The notes below the pieces were generated by a model. It ran no database searches. It saw nothing but the letters and a program-made list of their open reading frames with translations, and was not told the DNA's origin. A DNA stretch of 38,941 bases from the IMG/VR virus record IMGVR_UViG_3300043567_000557, positions 1 to 38,941 of that record, one strand, 5' to 3'. The DNA is from a virus (Duplodnaviria > Caudoviricetes). Shown here in pieces: positions 16,349 to 25,486 of the stretch (position 1 is its first letter; every line of letters starts with the position of its first letter). The position numbers and the translations under genes are program-made.

Positions 16349-16512
16349 GTTCGGTGGCGGAGCAGATAAGTCACGCTAGAGAGAGGACGGACGCGCAACG
16401 AAGCATCAACGCCACCGAACTATGGGTACCCGATAGGAATGGTACCTCATATGTAGCAATTCACCCACCGAGGTTTCATGTCCTTGCGGAAGAAAGTCTT
16501 TCGGTGGGTGAA
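16349..16512. ncRNA. Candidate structured small RNA(s)
   Basis: 11-bp stem 16349-16359/16410-16420, GGTACC hairpin 16425-16446, 12-bp stem 16460-16471/16501-16512. Confidence 0.45.
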
Positions 16513-16518
16513 CTCTAT

Positions 16519-16929
16519 TTAATCGAGGCGACTGCCAGCGCTCGCTTCAATTCCGTACTTACCAAGTACCTCAGCGAAGGCTTGAGCGAAAGCATATTTA
16601 CGGTCTACGCTCTGTCCGAATTCTCGAACCCAAATCTCGTAGCCTCCGTAATAACCCTTGCTACCGACTTGGCGAGACTTTAGGTAATTCACAAACGCAC
16701 CTCGCGCTGGAGAAATGTTTACCCAAGCAAACCCGCACAATCCGTCAAGGATGTATGTTTTCTTATTGAAATCAATGTCGCTTCCAAGTGGAGTAGTTGG
16801 AGAACCAACTACAAACTTTGGAGTATCTGCATCTTTGCCAGCCGCAAGACCAGCCTCGTATGCTTCAACATAAATGTTGTGGCATTGATTCTTTGTTAGT
16901 GCCTTTTTCTTTTCTGCTACTTGAGCCAT
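16519..16929 (-). CDS. Conserved-looking phage hypothetical protein
   Basis: GLCGFAWV, QSVDRKYAFAQAFAEVL, SRLD; own promoter and AGAGAGGGG RBS. Confidence 0.7.
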   Translation of the reverse strand: MAQVAEKKKALTKNQCHNIYVEAYEAGLAAGKDADTPKFVVGSPTTPLGSDIDFNKKTYILDGLCGFAWVNISPARGAFVNYLKSRQVGSKGYYGGYEIWVREFGQSVDRKYAFAQAFAEVLGKYGIEASAGSRLD

Positions 16930-16958
16930 TTTGTATCCCCTCTCTTGGTTACATAGTA

Positions 16959-16987
16959 ATTATATCAAACTAGGGTTTAATAATCAA
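16959..16987 (-). promoter_or_regulatory. Sigma70-type promoter with AACCCTAGTT operator in spacer
   Basis: TTGATT-17 nt-TATAAT; operator 16968-16977. Confidence 0.75.
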
Positions 16988-17131
16988 ATCCATTCGAGCC
17001 TTGCGTCGAGCGTGTCGTTTGTCCGACTCTTCAGCGAGCAACTTCTCGCGCTCTAGCCTACGGATACGGGCTAGAGAGGCTTCAGAGACCTTTAGAGGCT
17101 CTTTGAACTTTGTCCATGATGGAATTAACAC
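16970..17131 (-). CDS. Small basic protein (53 aa)
   Basis: Manual: GGGAGG RBS, GTG start; MLIPSWTKFKEPLKVSEASLARIRRLEREKLLAEESDKRHARRKARMDLIIKP*. Confidence 0.5.
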   Translation of the reverse strand: MLIPSWTKFKEPLKVSEASLARIRRLEREKLLAEESDKRHARRKARMDLIIKP

Positions 17132-17280
17132 TAGAACCACCTCCCGCTCTCAATTGACCCCACAATGCCGAAAACAAGCAATATGCCTAGGGCAAATACC
17201 GCTCCCTCAAAATTGTCTGCCCAGCGTCGCCCCTTAGCGGTCAGGCGAATACCCTTTTTCGCTAATCTCTCTTCTATCAT
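17131..17280 (-). CDS. Small membrane protein
   Basis: MIEERLAKKGIRLTAKGRRW + TM segment; start re-assigned using AGAGGAG RBS. Confidence 0.6.
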   Translation of the reverse strand: MIEERLAKKGIRLTAKGRRWADNFEGAVFALGILLVFGIVGSIESGRWF

Positions 17281-17414
17281 TATGCGCTCCTCTCTTTCTT
17301 TGGTCGAACTATTCCGTACTGCTCCATTGAAGCATCTGCCTCGCATCTGAAGCAATATGTTTTGCCTTTAATCATTGTTAGTCGTAATTCGCTACCGCAG
17401 GTAAAACATTTCAT
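17280..17414 (-). CDS. Small zinc-ribbon protein (44 aa)
   Basis: Manual: MKCFTCGSELRLTMIKGKTYCFRCEADAS...; coupled to both neighbours. Confidence 0.6.
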   Translation of the reverse strand: MKCFTCGSELRLTMIKGKTYCFRCEADASMEQYGIVRPKKERSA

Positions 17415-18064
17415 TTCTTCACCTCACATATGACCTCGGATTCACCGCGACCTGTAAGAACTGCCACGATGTCATTCTTGGAAACCGTCCTCTCTAAGAT
17501 GATTCCCTTCTTGCCAAATCGATTGGCAAAAAACTGTGCCTTGGACTTATCTAAAGTCCATGACAATCCATCTTCGTTGATACCTTTTTGGCATCCGCGA
17601 TAGATAGTTACCTCTTGAGCAAGCGAGCGCAAGATGTTGTCCTCTTCTTCGGTCATCATGTAATGACGATTCGAACGCTTTGAAGCCAGTAACTTTTTCC
17701 ACTCTTTGATATATGCGTACTGATTCTCTGTATCAATCCACACATCGCTAAGAAGTTTCCAGTAATCGGTATCGCTCAACTTGTCAGCAATCTTGATGAA
17801 AGCCTCGACACGATAAGGACGCTCGAATAACCAAACGAATTGTTTGTAATTCTTATCCCCAGTTGCTTTTTCTACCGCTTTTCTTTTCTGCTCGTAGTAA
17901 GCATTAGCGCTACCGTTTGAGAAGAATGGAACTTGATAGACAAGTGGATGACGCAACATCATCCAGCCCTCGCTACTTTGTTCTAAGTATGGAACTAGGT
18001 CAGGATTAAGTTGCTCGTTCTGTTCGGCAATTATCTTTGCCATTAACTCTTCAACTTGTTTCAT
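17411..18064 (-). CDS. Protein with C-terminal ADP-ribosyltransferase-like fold
   Basis: TIYRG, GLSWT...AQFFA, RGESEVI (R-S-ExE order). Confidence 0.55.
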   Translation of the reverse strand: MKQVEELMAKIIAEQNEQLNPDLVPYLEQSSEGWMMLRHPLVYQVPFFSNGSANAYYEQKRKAVEKATGDKNYKQFVWLFERPYRVEAFIKIADKLSDTDYWKLLSDVWIDTENQYAYIKEWKKLLASKRSNRHYMMTEEEDNILRSLAQEVTIYRGCQKGINEDGLSWTLDKSKAQFFANRFGKKGIILERTVSKNDIVAVLTGRGESEVICEVKK

Positions 18065-18912
18065 GATTCCCTCCTCTTCTGATACTTATTATTCAGTATT
18101 TTCAACTGTTGGTCAAATGAAACGCCGTTCTTTTCTGCAAGATTTCTTGCAATCAAGTCAGCAATCTCTTGAGCAAACGCTATTTCATCCTTTTGCTTTT
18201 GGATGCTCTCTGCGCTGTGTGCCTCACCATTGAAGTAGTGGGTGACAACTTCTCTTTCAATTGTCCATTGAAGGTTGAACCATTCAGTAACCGCTGAACG
18301 CTCTGTCTTGATAACTCGGGTGTACTTACCCTCTTTGTAGGTTAAGAATTCGCCTGATGCTGTTGGAGCGTTTGCCTTTTCCTTCGCTAACTTTGCTTCA
18401 CGCTTTGCATCGCGCTCTGCCTTTGCTTGAGCCTTAGCAATCTTGTCCGCTGTGACGATTCGTGATGGACGATTTAAGACATCCGCTGGAGCGCTTGGGT
18501 AACAAATTGTGCAAGCATCTTTACCAGCATCCTCAACGATAGTTTTCTCATCGTCGTTGCTGTACTGGATTAACCATTGGTAACGAGTAGTTGAGAAGCA
18601 AGTCGAGCAATCCATTGAACTATGAACATGACCGTTGCTGTTGATGACCAAGAAAGCCCTTGTCCATGGGTCTTGGTTGTAAATCGCATTTAACTTAGAA
18701 ATCTCGATATTGACCTTGCCGATTTCTAACTTAATCTTTGCAATCTTTTGAATTGATTCTTCAATCTTTTCTACTGAAGTTGCATAATACTTTTCGTAGA
18801 ACTTTTTGGAATCTTCAGCGCTCTCTAACTTATTGACCAAATCCCAGCGCTTGTCGTACCAAGATGATAATTCTGTATCAATCTTGACCGCGAACTCTTT
18901 TGTCACGCTCAT
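18061..18912 (-). CDS. Hypothetical protein with Cys/His metal-binding motifs
   Basis: GHVHSSMDCSTC and ACTICYPSAP; start re-assigned to ATG 18912 (GAGAGGAG RBS). Confidence 0.65.
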   Translation of the reverse strand: MSVTKEFAVKIDTELSSWYDKRWDLVNKLESAEDSKKFYEKYYATSVEKIEESIQKIAKIKLEIGKVNIEISKLNAIYNQDPWTRAFLVINSNGHVHSSMDCSTCFSTTRYQWLIQYSNDDEKTIVEDAGKDACTICYPSAPADVLNRPSRIVTADKIAKAQAKAERDAKREAKLAKEKANAPTASGEFLTYKEGKYTRVIKTERSAVTEWFNLQWTIEREVVTHYFNGEAHSAESIQKQKDEIAFAQEIADLIARNLAEKNGVSFDQQLKILNNKYQKRRES

Positions 18913-18931
18913 TGGGTCTCCTCTCATTTAC

Positions 18932-18967
18932 AACCCCAGTTTAGCATGATTTAGCCAATTGGTACAA
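18932..18967 (-). promoter_or_regulatory. Promoter with operator overlapping -10/+1
   Basis: TTGTAC-18 nt-TAAACT (TGn extended); AACCCCAGTT at 18932-18941. Confidence 0.6.
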
Positions 18968-19012
18968 TAGGAGCCTGTCGTGTCCCCGTGACCCCAGTTA
19001 AAAGGGTCAAAA

Positions 19013-21259
19013 GTGCGTTTATTACGAATTGTCATAGTTTGCTTTTTGACCTTCGGCTGGCTCATGATTCCCTCAGATTCAGCGAGCGCCGAGGGTAACT
19101 GGCAATCCGTATCCAATGGCAATGTTTCGGGCGATTCGGTTCAGTTTGACTATCAGGGCGGTAGCGCCACCTATTCGACCAATGTTGCCGATGGCTCAAC
19201 CGTGACCGTGGCAATCAATAACACAATTGCTAACTGCATTGGAAGTTGTAGCCCTATTGCTGATAATTGGAGCGTTTCAATCAATGGGCAAAGTTTTAGT
19301 GGTAATGCGATAGAGCAAACCAGCGTAAGCGCTGTTGTTTCGGGTCAGGCGACAATAACGGTTTCAGGAATCGATAACGGTTTTTGGGCTGGATGGTACG
19401 GACCAATCTTTACTATTTCGGTGAGTTCTCCTGCCCCAGCACCCAGCCCCAGCCCTTCTTCAGAGCCGACTCCTTCGCCTTCTCCGACATCGGAGCCTTC
19501 TCCATCTCCGAGCGCCGAGCCAACACCGACTCCAACTGTTGAACCTTCACCTGTTCCCACACCAACTGAGACCGCAACTGCTCAACCTCAGCCTTCACCG
19601 ACTCCTGAGCCTCAGCCCTCAAGTAGTCCTTCTGAATCTCCGACGCCAACATCCAGCCCAACGCCAAGCCCATCACCAACACAAACACAAACAGAAACAT
19701 CTCCACCGATTTCTCCTTCACCAACTAATGTTGTAAATGGTACAGCCAGCGAAGGTAGCGCTTTAGAACTTTCTGCTCCGCTAGGAAAAATATTTACTGC
19801 TGTTCTTTTTGCAAGTTATGGAACACCTGAGAATTACACGATTAGTGCCTGTCATGCACCAAACTCAATTGAAAAAGTTGCTCAAATGTTTTTAGGAAAA
19901 GTAATTGCATCAATCATGGCAATAAATGATATTTTTGGTGACCCATGTGGAGGAACCTATAAGCGTCTTTCTGTAATTCTTGAATATGGAGATGCACCTA
20001 CTCCGACTCCATCACCTGAACCAACGGCGAGTCCTTCACCAACACCGACGGAACCAACTGCCACTCCTTCTCCGTCACCTCAACCAACATCGGAACCAAC
20101 GCCTTCAAGTTCTCCAACCCCTGAACCTTCGCCAACTCCGACTGCTCAACCTGAACCGACCCAGGCACCTGCGCCGTCCACACCTGAACCCACACCTGCG
20201 CCATCGCCTACCCCTTTACCTGATACCAATACAACAGAGCCAACACCGCTCCCGCAACCGCCAACCCAAGTTCCATCTCCTACCCCAATTCCAGTTCCGT
20301 TACCTGAACCAAGTCCCGAACCAATCCCTGTTCCGAATCCAGTCGATACCCCTTCGGTAGAGCCGACTCCCGCTCCAAGTCCTGAACCCACACCGAATCC
20401 GATTCCTCTACCTGAGCCAAGTCCAAGTCCCGTAGAGCCACCCGCACCACTCCCTGAACCTGAACCGCTCCCCGAGCCTGAGCCAACTCCTCAGCCCGTT
20501 GAAGAACCTCAGCCCGAACCGTCTGAACCCCCAGCGGAAACTGACCCGACAAATCCCACACCCGAACCGCTACCACCTACTGACCCCGAACCATCAGAAA
20601 CATTGCCACCAGTAGAAGAACCATCAGAACCTCAATCCCCCGAACCAGTCGAGCCACCTGCGGAGGAACAGGATTCGTCCGACCCAGCACCCGAAACATC
20701 ACAAGAACCAGCGCCAGTAGAGCCAACGCAAGAAAGTCCGTCCATAGAATCATTGCCTACCTCCGAAATTGTTGAGAACATCCTACAAGATGGAACTGTC
20801 ACCGCTTCAGAAGTTAGTGCCATCATTGAGAATGTTAATGCCGATGGTAAATTAACTGAAGAGGAAAAGGAAATTGTTGCTGTTGCGATTGTTGCTCAAT
20901 TTATTGATGCTCCAGCCGTACCTGCATCAGCCCTTGAGGAAGCGGGTCTTGATTTCTCTGACCTTCCAGCCGAAACTCCTGTTGATGTTCGAACAGATGA
21001 GAATGGAAATGCGGTCATTATTACCGCCGAAGTTGCAGATGCTTTAGAACTACTTGTTTCACCAACCGAGATTCTTTCTGCAATCTTTGAAAGCCCAGCA
21101 CAATTGCTTTTCGCTATTGGAAACCTTGGAGCGGATATGTCTCCTGAAGAACGCGAAGAAGCAAGTAAAACAATTATTGCCGCGACAATCGTTGGCAATA
21201 TCGCTACGACTACAATTGCTACCGCTGTTGGTGGTATTGGATATAGGAGACCAAATTGA
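19013..21259 (+). CDS. Exported Pro/Thr/Ser/Glu-rich surface protein with SUEL/galactose-binding lectin domain and C-terminal membrane anchor
   Basis: Signal peptide ending ASA; [23 protein letters not shown] lectin motifs; long PTPSPEP linkers; hydrophobic C-terminus followed by RRP. Confidence 0.75.
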   Translation: MRLLRIVIVCFLTFGWLMIPSDSASAEGNWQSVSNGNVSGDSVQFDYQGGSATYSTNVADGSTVTVAINNTIANCIGSCSPIADNWSVSINGQSFSGNAIEQTSVSAVVSGQATITVSGIDNGFWAGWYGPIFTISVSSPAPAPSPSPSSEPTPSPSPTSEPSPSPSAEPTPTPTVEPSPVPTPTETATAQPQPSPTPEPQPSSSPSESPTPTSSPTPSPSPTQTQTETSPPISPSPTNVVNGTASEGSALELSAPLGKIFTAVLFASYGTPENYTISACHAPNSIEKVAQMFLGKVIASIMAINDIFGDPCGGTYKRLSVILEYGDAPTPTPSPEPTASPSPTPTEPTATPSPSPQPTSEPTPSSSPTPEPSPTPTAQPEPTQAPAPSTPEPTPAPSPTPLPDTNTTEPTPLPQPPTQVPSPTPIPVPLPEPSPEPIPVPNPVDTPSVEPTPAPSPEPTPNPIPLPEPSPSPVEPPAPLPEPEPLPEPEPTPQPVEEPQPEPSEPPAETDPTNPTPEPLPPTDPEPSETLPPVEEPSEPQSPEPVEPPAEEQDSSDPAPETSQEPAPVEPTQESPSIESLPTSEIVENILQDGTVTASEVSAIIENVNADGKLTEEEKEIVAVAIVAQFIDAPAVPASALEEAGLDFSDLPAETPVDVRTDENGNAVIITAEVADALELLVSPTEILSAIFESPAQLLFAIGNLGADMSPEEREEASKTIIAATIVGNIATTTIATAVGGIGYRRPN

Positions 21260-21426
21260 AAGACTTTTTGAATGACATCATCGGACAAATATGGACGATG
21301 CTAGGAATGTTTGTTGCTTGGATTCTTGTTGATGGTGTTGCTAAAAATATTGTCGGCTATTCAATCCTAATTACTTTTGCCGTTTGGGTTTTGACTTACC
21401 CTCTTCGTCGTCAGAAGGAAGATTAA
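21256..21426 (+). CDS. Small two-TM membrane protein (56 aa) coupled to the surface protein
   Basis: Manual: AGGAGA RBS, TTG overlapping upstream stop; [56 protein letters not shown]. Confidence 0.65.
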   Translation: MKDFLNDIIGQIWTMLGMFVAWILVDGVAKNIVGYSILITFAVWVLTYPLRRQKED

Positions 21427-21664
21427 CCTCTTCAGATTTAGCGAATGGACTGAACGCTCCATTGATTTCATCAAGTGTGAGTTTTCCATCGTCGAGATAT
21501 TCACGGGCTAGTCGCTCTGCAACTGAAGCGACAGCCAACAGCCCAGCCATTGATAGCGCTACCCATGTATCAACTCCCATGACAGCCCCAGCACCTAAAG
21601 TGCCTAAAGCGCCCACGGTGAAAACAGCCACCATGCGACTAAGGATGTCTTGAAGTTTCTTCAT
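21371..21664 (-). CDS. Two-TM membrane protein (holin-like topology)
   Basis: Two hydrophobic segments, DDGKLTLDEIN, charged tail; leaderless-type start. Confidence 0.55.
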   Translation of the reverse strand: MKKLQDILSRMVAVFTVGALGTLGAGAVMGVDTWVALSMAGLLAVASVAERLAREYLDDGKLTLDEINGAFSPFAKSEEVNLPSDDEEGKSKPKRQK

Positions 21665-21678
21665 GCCTGAAGTTTACC

Positions 21679-22209
21679 TTATGCAACATCCTTCAACTTT
21701 TGCTTGAGAATTGCTTGGCGTTGCTTTTCCGCTTTGAACCAATCAACCTGAGACTTTGGCAATCTTGCTTTTGCAAAGTTTCCATTGCTCCCCACTAATC
21801 GAACTCCCTGAAGATGGAATCCTGCTTGCAATTTATCGGCATCCTCTTTGCCCATGACATTGCGAACTAGGTCAAGTAAGCAAGTAGCGAACTTTGCTCC
21901 GTGGCTCCAGCGGTCATTGGATAAGTGATGCGCTAACTCATGCAAGATGACAAACTTATGTCTGCCCCACTTTGGCAAGAGAATCACATATTGACCATGG
22001 CGGAATGTCGCCCCAGCACTTCTACGACCTCTGCCATCTAAGACCACGATTGGTCGATTCCAGCCGTACTTGTCCTTGATGTACTTTCGAGCAAGAACTT
22101 TGTCCACAAACTTTTGGCACTCTTTCAAAGTGAACTCTTCGTTCATTGCCTTTAATCGAGTCTCACTTCGATAGACCCGAGTGGTTTGGTCTCTGTCTTG
22201 AAAAGCCAT
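21679..22209 (-). CDS. HExxH zinc metallopeptidase-like protein (SprT-like)
   Basis: VILHELAHHL...HGAKF. Confidence 0.7.
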   Translation of the reverse strand: MAFQDRDQTTRVYRSETRLKAMNEEFTLKECQKFVDKVLARKYIKDKYGWNRPIVVLDGRGRRSAGATFRHGQYVILLPKWGRHKFVILHELAHHLSNDRWSHGAKFATCLLDLVRNVMGKEDADKLQAGFHLQGVRLVGSNGNFAKARLPKSQVDWFKAEKQRQAILKQKLKDVA

Positions 22210-22230
22210 AGTTTCCCCCTCTCATAATCC

Positions 22231-22300
22231 ATTATACACGACGGGGGTTAGATAATCAAATTGAGCCTAGTTTGATTTACAACCCCAGTTATGTTACACT
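22231..22300. promoter_or_regulatory. Divergent promoter pair, each with operator in spacer
   Basis: Minus: TTGATT-17-TATAAT (22231-22259, variant AACCCCCGTC); plus: TTGATT-17-TACACT (22272-22300, AACCCCAGTT 22281-22290). Confidence 0.75.
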
Positions 22301-22325
22301 CGGTATGTAAGAGAGAGGAGACCCC

Positions 22326-22457
22326 ATGAAGTGCGTGAAGTGCGGAGTGGTCATTGGAAAGTTCGAAGTCTTTCCTGAACAAGTCTGCGTCAAGTGTTAT
22401 GCAGTCGAGTTTGAGAAAGAATTCCAAAGTGCATTAAAAGTAGAAAGGTTCAAGTAA
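22326..22457 (+). CDS. Small zinc-ribbon protein (43 aa)
   Basis: Manual: MKCVKCG...FPEQVCVKCY; GAGAGGAG RBS; TAATG coupling to next gene. Confidence 0.65.
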   Translation: MKCVKCGVVIGKFEVFPEQVCVKCYAVEFEKEFQSALKVERFK

Positions 22458-22771
22458 TGAGTCTTGATTACAAAGGATTTGAGTGGGGAAACAGAATTTC
22501 CTCCGATGAGGATTCAGTCGATAGATTCCTTCACGAAGGTTTGGTGCCTCAATCACCATCCGTAGGCGATTTACACAGCGCCGCGGAATGGTTGGCTACT
22601 TACGGCGCTGAAAACGCTGAAGATGCTCAAGGTTGGGCGAATGTTGTTGCCTTCTTAATCTTGACTGCTGAATCTAAGCAAAAGCGGTCAGCGGTTGCCA
22701 AGGCAAAAAGAGAGTTTGCCAAGGAAAAAGGAATTCCTGTTTCACAGGTTAGAATTAACAGGAATAACTAA
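22457..22771 (+). CDS. Hypothetical protein
   Basis: 104-aa ORF in coupled early operon. Confidence 0.65.
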   Translation: MSLDYKGFEWGNRISSDEDSVDRFLHEGLVPQSPSVGDLHSAAEWLATYGAENAEDAQGWANVVAFLILTAESKQKRSAVAKAKREFAKEKGIPVSQVRINRNN

Positions 22772-22789
22772 CCCTAGTTGTGATATAAT
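22761..22789 (+). promoter_or_regulatory. Extended -10 promoter with AACCCTAGTT operator
   Basis: Operator 22770-22779, TGA-TATAAT 22781-22789. Confidence 0.7.
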
Positions 22790-22814
22790 CATATTGTCTT
22801 AGAGAGGAGACATC

Positions 22815-23111
22815 ATGAAGAAAGTAAAAATCACTTGGAAGGCTTTTGGAGATAAGCCTGAAATTGGTCGCTTCGTAAGTTCTATCGAATTTAAGTTGCC
22901 AGTTTCAGACACAACAGATTTCGCAATATGCGAAGAGATTTACAAGCAAACAAACCTTTATCAAGGTACATGGTGGAGTTTACTTATAGAGCCACTACTT
23001 TCAGAAACTCGCACTCACACAGCGCTTTCAGTAGGCGATGAGGTCGAGATTGATGGCGTCGGTTATGTATGTGCCGACTTTGGATTTGAGAAGATTGGGG
23101 TGATTGCATAA
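22815..23111 (+). CDS. Hypothetical protein
   Basis: 98 aa, [16 protein letters not shown]; AGAGAGGAG RBS. Confidence 0.7.
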   Translation: MKKVKITWKAFGDKPEIGRFVSSIEFKLPVSDTTDFAICEEIYKQTNLYQGTWWSLLIEPLLSETRTHTALSVGDEVEIDGVGYVCADFGFEKIGVIA

Positions 23112-23425
23112 TGAGTCAAGAATCAATTTCATGGGGAGAGTTAGCAGAATTAACTCATGCCACACAGGTCGAGAAGTTTAATTTCTGCACCTGCGAAGAT
23201 AACGAAGGTCAGGAGAATCCTTACAAGGATTGCCCGACTCAAAAGCCTTATGACCGCGTAGGCGCGATTATCGCTTATGAGACAGGCGAACTTGATGGAG
23301 AAAAGACTGTTGAATTGTTCCAGCACCTAGTAGATACAGGGCTGGCATGGCAACTTCAAGGTCATTACGGACGCACCGCGTCAGCACTTATCGAAGCGGG
23401 CTTAATTAGCAAGGGAGGAAACTAA
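23111..23425 (+). CDS. Hypothetical protein
   Basis: 104 aa, [21 protein letters not shown]; TAATG coupling. Confidence 0.7.
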   Translation: MSQESISWGELAELTHATQVEKFNFCTCEDNEGQENPYKDCPTQKPYDRVGAIIAYETGELDGEKTVELFQHLVDTGLAWQLQGHYGRTASALIEAGLISKGGN

Positions 23426-23739
23426 TGAAGGCTGTAAAAGAAAAGACTTACGGGCAAAAGGTTCTCGAGGTACTGCCTCGAAATACTGAGATTTATTCAA
23501 TCGTTCGCTCCGTGTCTGCTAGTGGATTATCAAGAACAATTGATTTCTATGTAATAGTAGATAACAAGCCAATATGGATAACTCCAGCAATTCGAGACAT
23601 TCTCGATTACAAGCAAGACGCTAAGACCAATGCCCTAAAAGTTAATGGCACAGGAATGGATATGTGTTTTCATGTTGTGAACTCTTTGGGTTACAAACTT
23701 CATGATGACGGATATTTCTTCAGAAGCGAGCGTTTGTAG
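23425..23739 (+). CDS. Hypothetical protein
   Basis: 104 aa, RSVSASGLSRTI...GTGMDM. Confidence 0.7.
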   Translation: MKAVKEKTYGQKVLEVLPRNTEIYSIVRSVSASGLSRTIDFYVIVDNKPIWITPAIRDILDYKQDAKTNALKVNGTGMDMCFHVVNSLGYKLHDDGYFFRSERL

Positions 23740-23768
23740 TTATAGTTAATTTACTATAAACTGGGGTT
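23734..23768 (+). promoter_or_regulatory. Promoter with inverted operator overlapping -10/+1
   Basis: TTGTAG-17-TAAACT; AACTGGGGTT at 23759-23768; same layout as 18932. Confidence 0.6.
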
Positions 23769-23788
23769 AATAATAGAGAGGATGAAAG

Positions 23789-23956
23789 ATGGACTTTAAC
23801 GAAGTAGAGACAAAAAACGATTTACAAAAGTGGATTGTGCAGTTCTTCCCTGAAGCAACTGTTCATCTTTCAGACGAAGGAATTGTTATCAAAACTGGAG
23901 CAGATGTCGCAATGGGTGGCTATCTTTATCCAATAAGTGAGAAAGAGGACGCCTAA
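23789..23956 (+). CDS. Small hypothetical protein (55 aa)
   Basis: Manual: AGAGAGGA RBS; MDFNEVETKNDLQKWIVQFFPEA...; TAATG coupling to the deacetylase. Confidence 0.6.
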   Translation: MDFNEVETKNDLQKWIVQFFPEATVHLSDEGIVIKTGADVAMGGYLYPISEKEDA

Positions 23957-24882
23957 TGGAACACGCAATTATTGTTCACTCGCCTGAATATGCGAACTGG
24001 ATATTCGATAAGTCGCACCCTACACAGGGACGACGATTCCTCCATGGTCGCAATCAGATTATCTTGGAGGCTCAAAAGCGCCATCTCAATGTAGATGAAT
24101 ACGAACCTGAGATGCCACACACCGATGACCTTCTATTGGTACATGACCCAATCTATGTTCACGATGTCACTATCAAGGGTGAATCAAGTGAATGGGATGG
24201 TCAGCGTCATGACCTTGGTGATTTAGCAAAGTTATTCGTAGGCGGTACTTTGACTGCTCTCGATACTTTACTCAACAAGAAAACACTTCTTGCTATTCAC
24301 CTCCCAGGCGCGAAGCATCATGCGATGCGTGATTACTCAAGTGGATTCTGTGTGTTTGCAGATTTCGCTATCGCCGCGACAAGGGCAACCGAACTTGGCG
24401 AGCGCGTTGCAATCTTTGACATTGATGCACACCATGGTGACGGCACCGAGATGTTGCTCAAGGCTAACAAGAATGTGATGACCTTCTCGGTTCATGAGTA
24501 TGGAATTTTTCCAGGCACGGGTTTAATCTCTGATTACAAAAACCGCGCTTATAACTTCCCGCTAACTCATGGTTCAGATGATGCAGATTTGATGTCTGCA
24601 ACTGAAGCCTTTTTTGAGGCTTGCGATGAATTCGAGCCTACGATGATTTTCGTAGCCTGTGGCGCCGATGGTCTGAAAGATGACCCTCTAAGCCAACTCG
24701 AATACACCTCAGCGGGTTATTGGAGGTCACTACGGGCTGTTAGAGAGCAATTCCCTAATATGCCTATCCTGTTAGGTGGTGCGGGTGGCTACCTGCCTGA
24801 TACGGGAACTCCCGAGGTTTGGCGCAACGCCATGCTCGCTTTAACGGCGGTCAATACCGAGGTTGTAATTCCCGACTTGTAG
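23956..24882 (+). CDS. Zn-dependent deacetylase, histone deacetylase/AcuC family
   Basis: HP, GAKHHA...SGFC, DIDAHHGDGT, SVH..GIFPGTG, GADGLKDDPLS, GGAGGY. Confidence 0.92.
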   Translation: MEHAIIVHSPEYANWIFDKSHPTQGRRFLHGRNQIILEAQKRHLNVDEYEPEMPHTDDLLLVHDPIYVHDVTIKGESSEWDGQRHDLGDLAKLFVGGTLTALDTLLNKKTLLAIHLPGAKHHAMRDYSSGFCVFADFAIAATRATELGERVAIFDIDAHHGDGTEMLLKANKNVMTFSVHEYGIFPGTGLISDYKNRAYNFPLTHGSDDADLMSATEAFFEACDEFEPTMIFVACGADGLKDDPLSQLEYTSAGYWRSLRAVREQFPNMPILLGGAGGYLPDTGTPEVWRNAMLALTAVNTEVVIPDL

Positions 24883-24891
24883 ACTTCAGGG

Positions 24892-25452
24892 ATGACCACA
24901 ATCATCGCCGTCCAGCATAAGGACAAAGTAACTCTCGGGGCAGATTCGCAAGTAACGGCTGGAAATGGTCGTACTGCGAATCATCCCTCGATGGTGAAAA
25001 TTACTGAACGCGGTGATTTCATTATTGCTGGAAGCGGTGAATGTGCGCCCTGCGATATTGCTCAACACATATGGAATCCACCTAAGCCAACTGCAAACGA
25101 TTACAAAGACTTGTATCACTTCATGATTGCAAAGGTAGTTCCATCGCTTAAGGCTTGCTTTAAGGAACAAGAATACAAATGGAATGAGGATGATGACGAA
25201 ACTAAATTCGCATTTCTGATTTCTATTGGTGGAGAAGTTTTTGAATTAAGTGATGATATGTCTATCTCACTTGATTCGAAAGGTTTCTACGGTGTTGGTT
25301 CAGGGTCAAGTTATGCCATTGGTGCGCTTCATGCAGGTGCAACCATGGAACAGGCTCTTGAGATTGCCAGCGCTAACGATTCCTACACTTCAGCCCCATT
25401 TATTTATTACACACAAAAGAAAAAGAAAGTTGCACCAACTAGGAATAAATAG
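24892..25452 (+). CDS. Ntn-hydrolase, proteasome beta/HslV-like protease
   Basis: MTTIIAV (N-terminal Thr), GADSQ, K, AGSG, GSGSSYAIGAL, D.YTS. Confidence 0.8.
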   Translation: MTTIIAVQHKDKVTLGADSQVTAGNGRTANHPSMVKITERGDFIIAGSGECAPCDIAQHIWNPPKPTANDYKDLYHFMIAKVVPSLKACFKEQEYKWNEDDDETKFAFLISIGGEVFELSDDMSISLDSKGFYGVGSGSSYAIGALHAGATMEQALEIASANDSYTSAPFIYYTQKKKKVAPTRNK

Positions 25453-25468
25453 TATCCTAACCCTAGTT
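25430..25468 (+). promoter_or_regulatory. Promoter with operator at +1 and variant in spacer
   Basis: TTGCAC-17-TATCCT then AACCCTAGTT 25459-25468; AACTAGGAAT in spacer. Confidence 0.55.
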
Positions 25469-25486
25469 GTATAAGAGGATACAACT

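Noticed and set aside
16185-16512. tRNA or c-di-AMP/c-di-GMP riboswitch
   Set aside because: No cloverleaf or TTCGA arm with CCA end, and consensus riboswitch nucleotides were not recognisable; kept only as unknown structured RNA.
16318-16683. 121-aa plus-strand ORF
   Set aside because: TTG start without RBS, antisense to a supported gene, and crossing the RNA stems.
3676-19000. Scattered GACAC/GTGTC and AATT elements near promoters as WhiA/WhiB sites
   Set aside because: Too short and inconsistently spaced to separate from chance by eye.
19345-21288. Multiple overlapping ORFs and apparent repeats in the Pro-rich gene
   Set aside because: By-products of CCN-rich low-complexity coding; not a nucleotide-level array.
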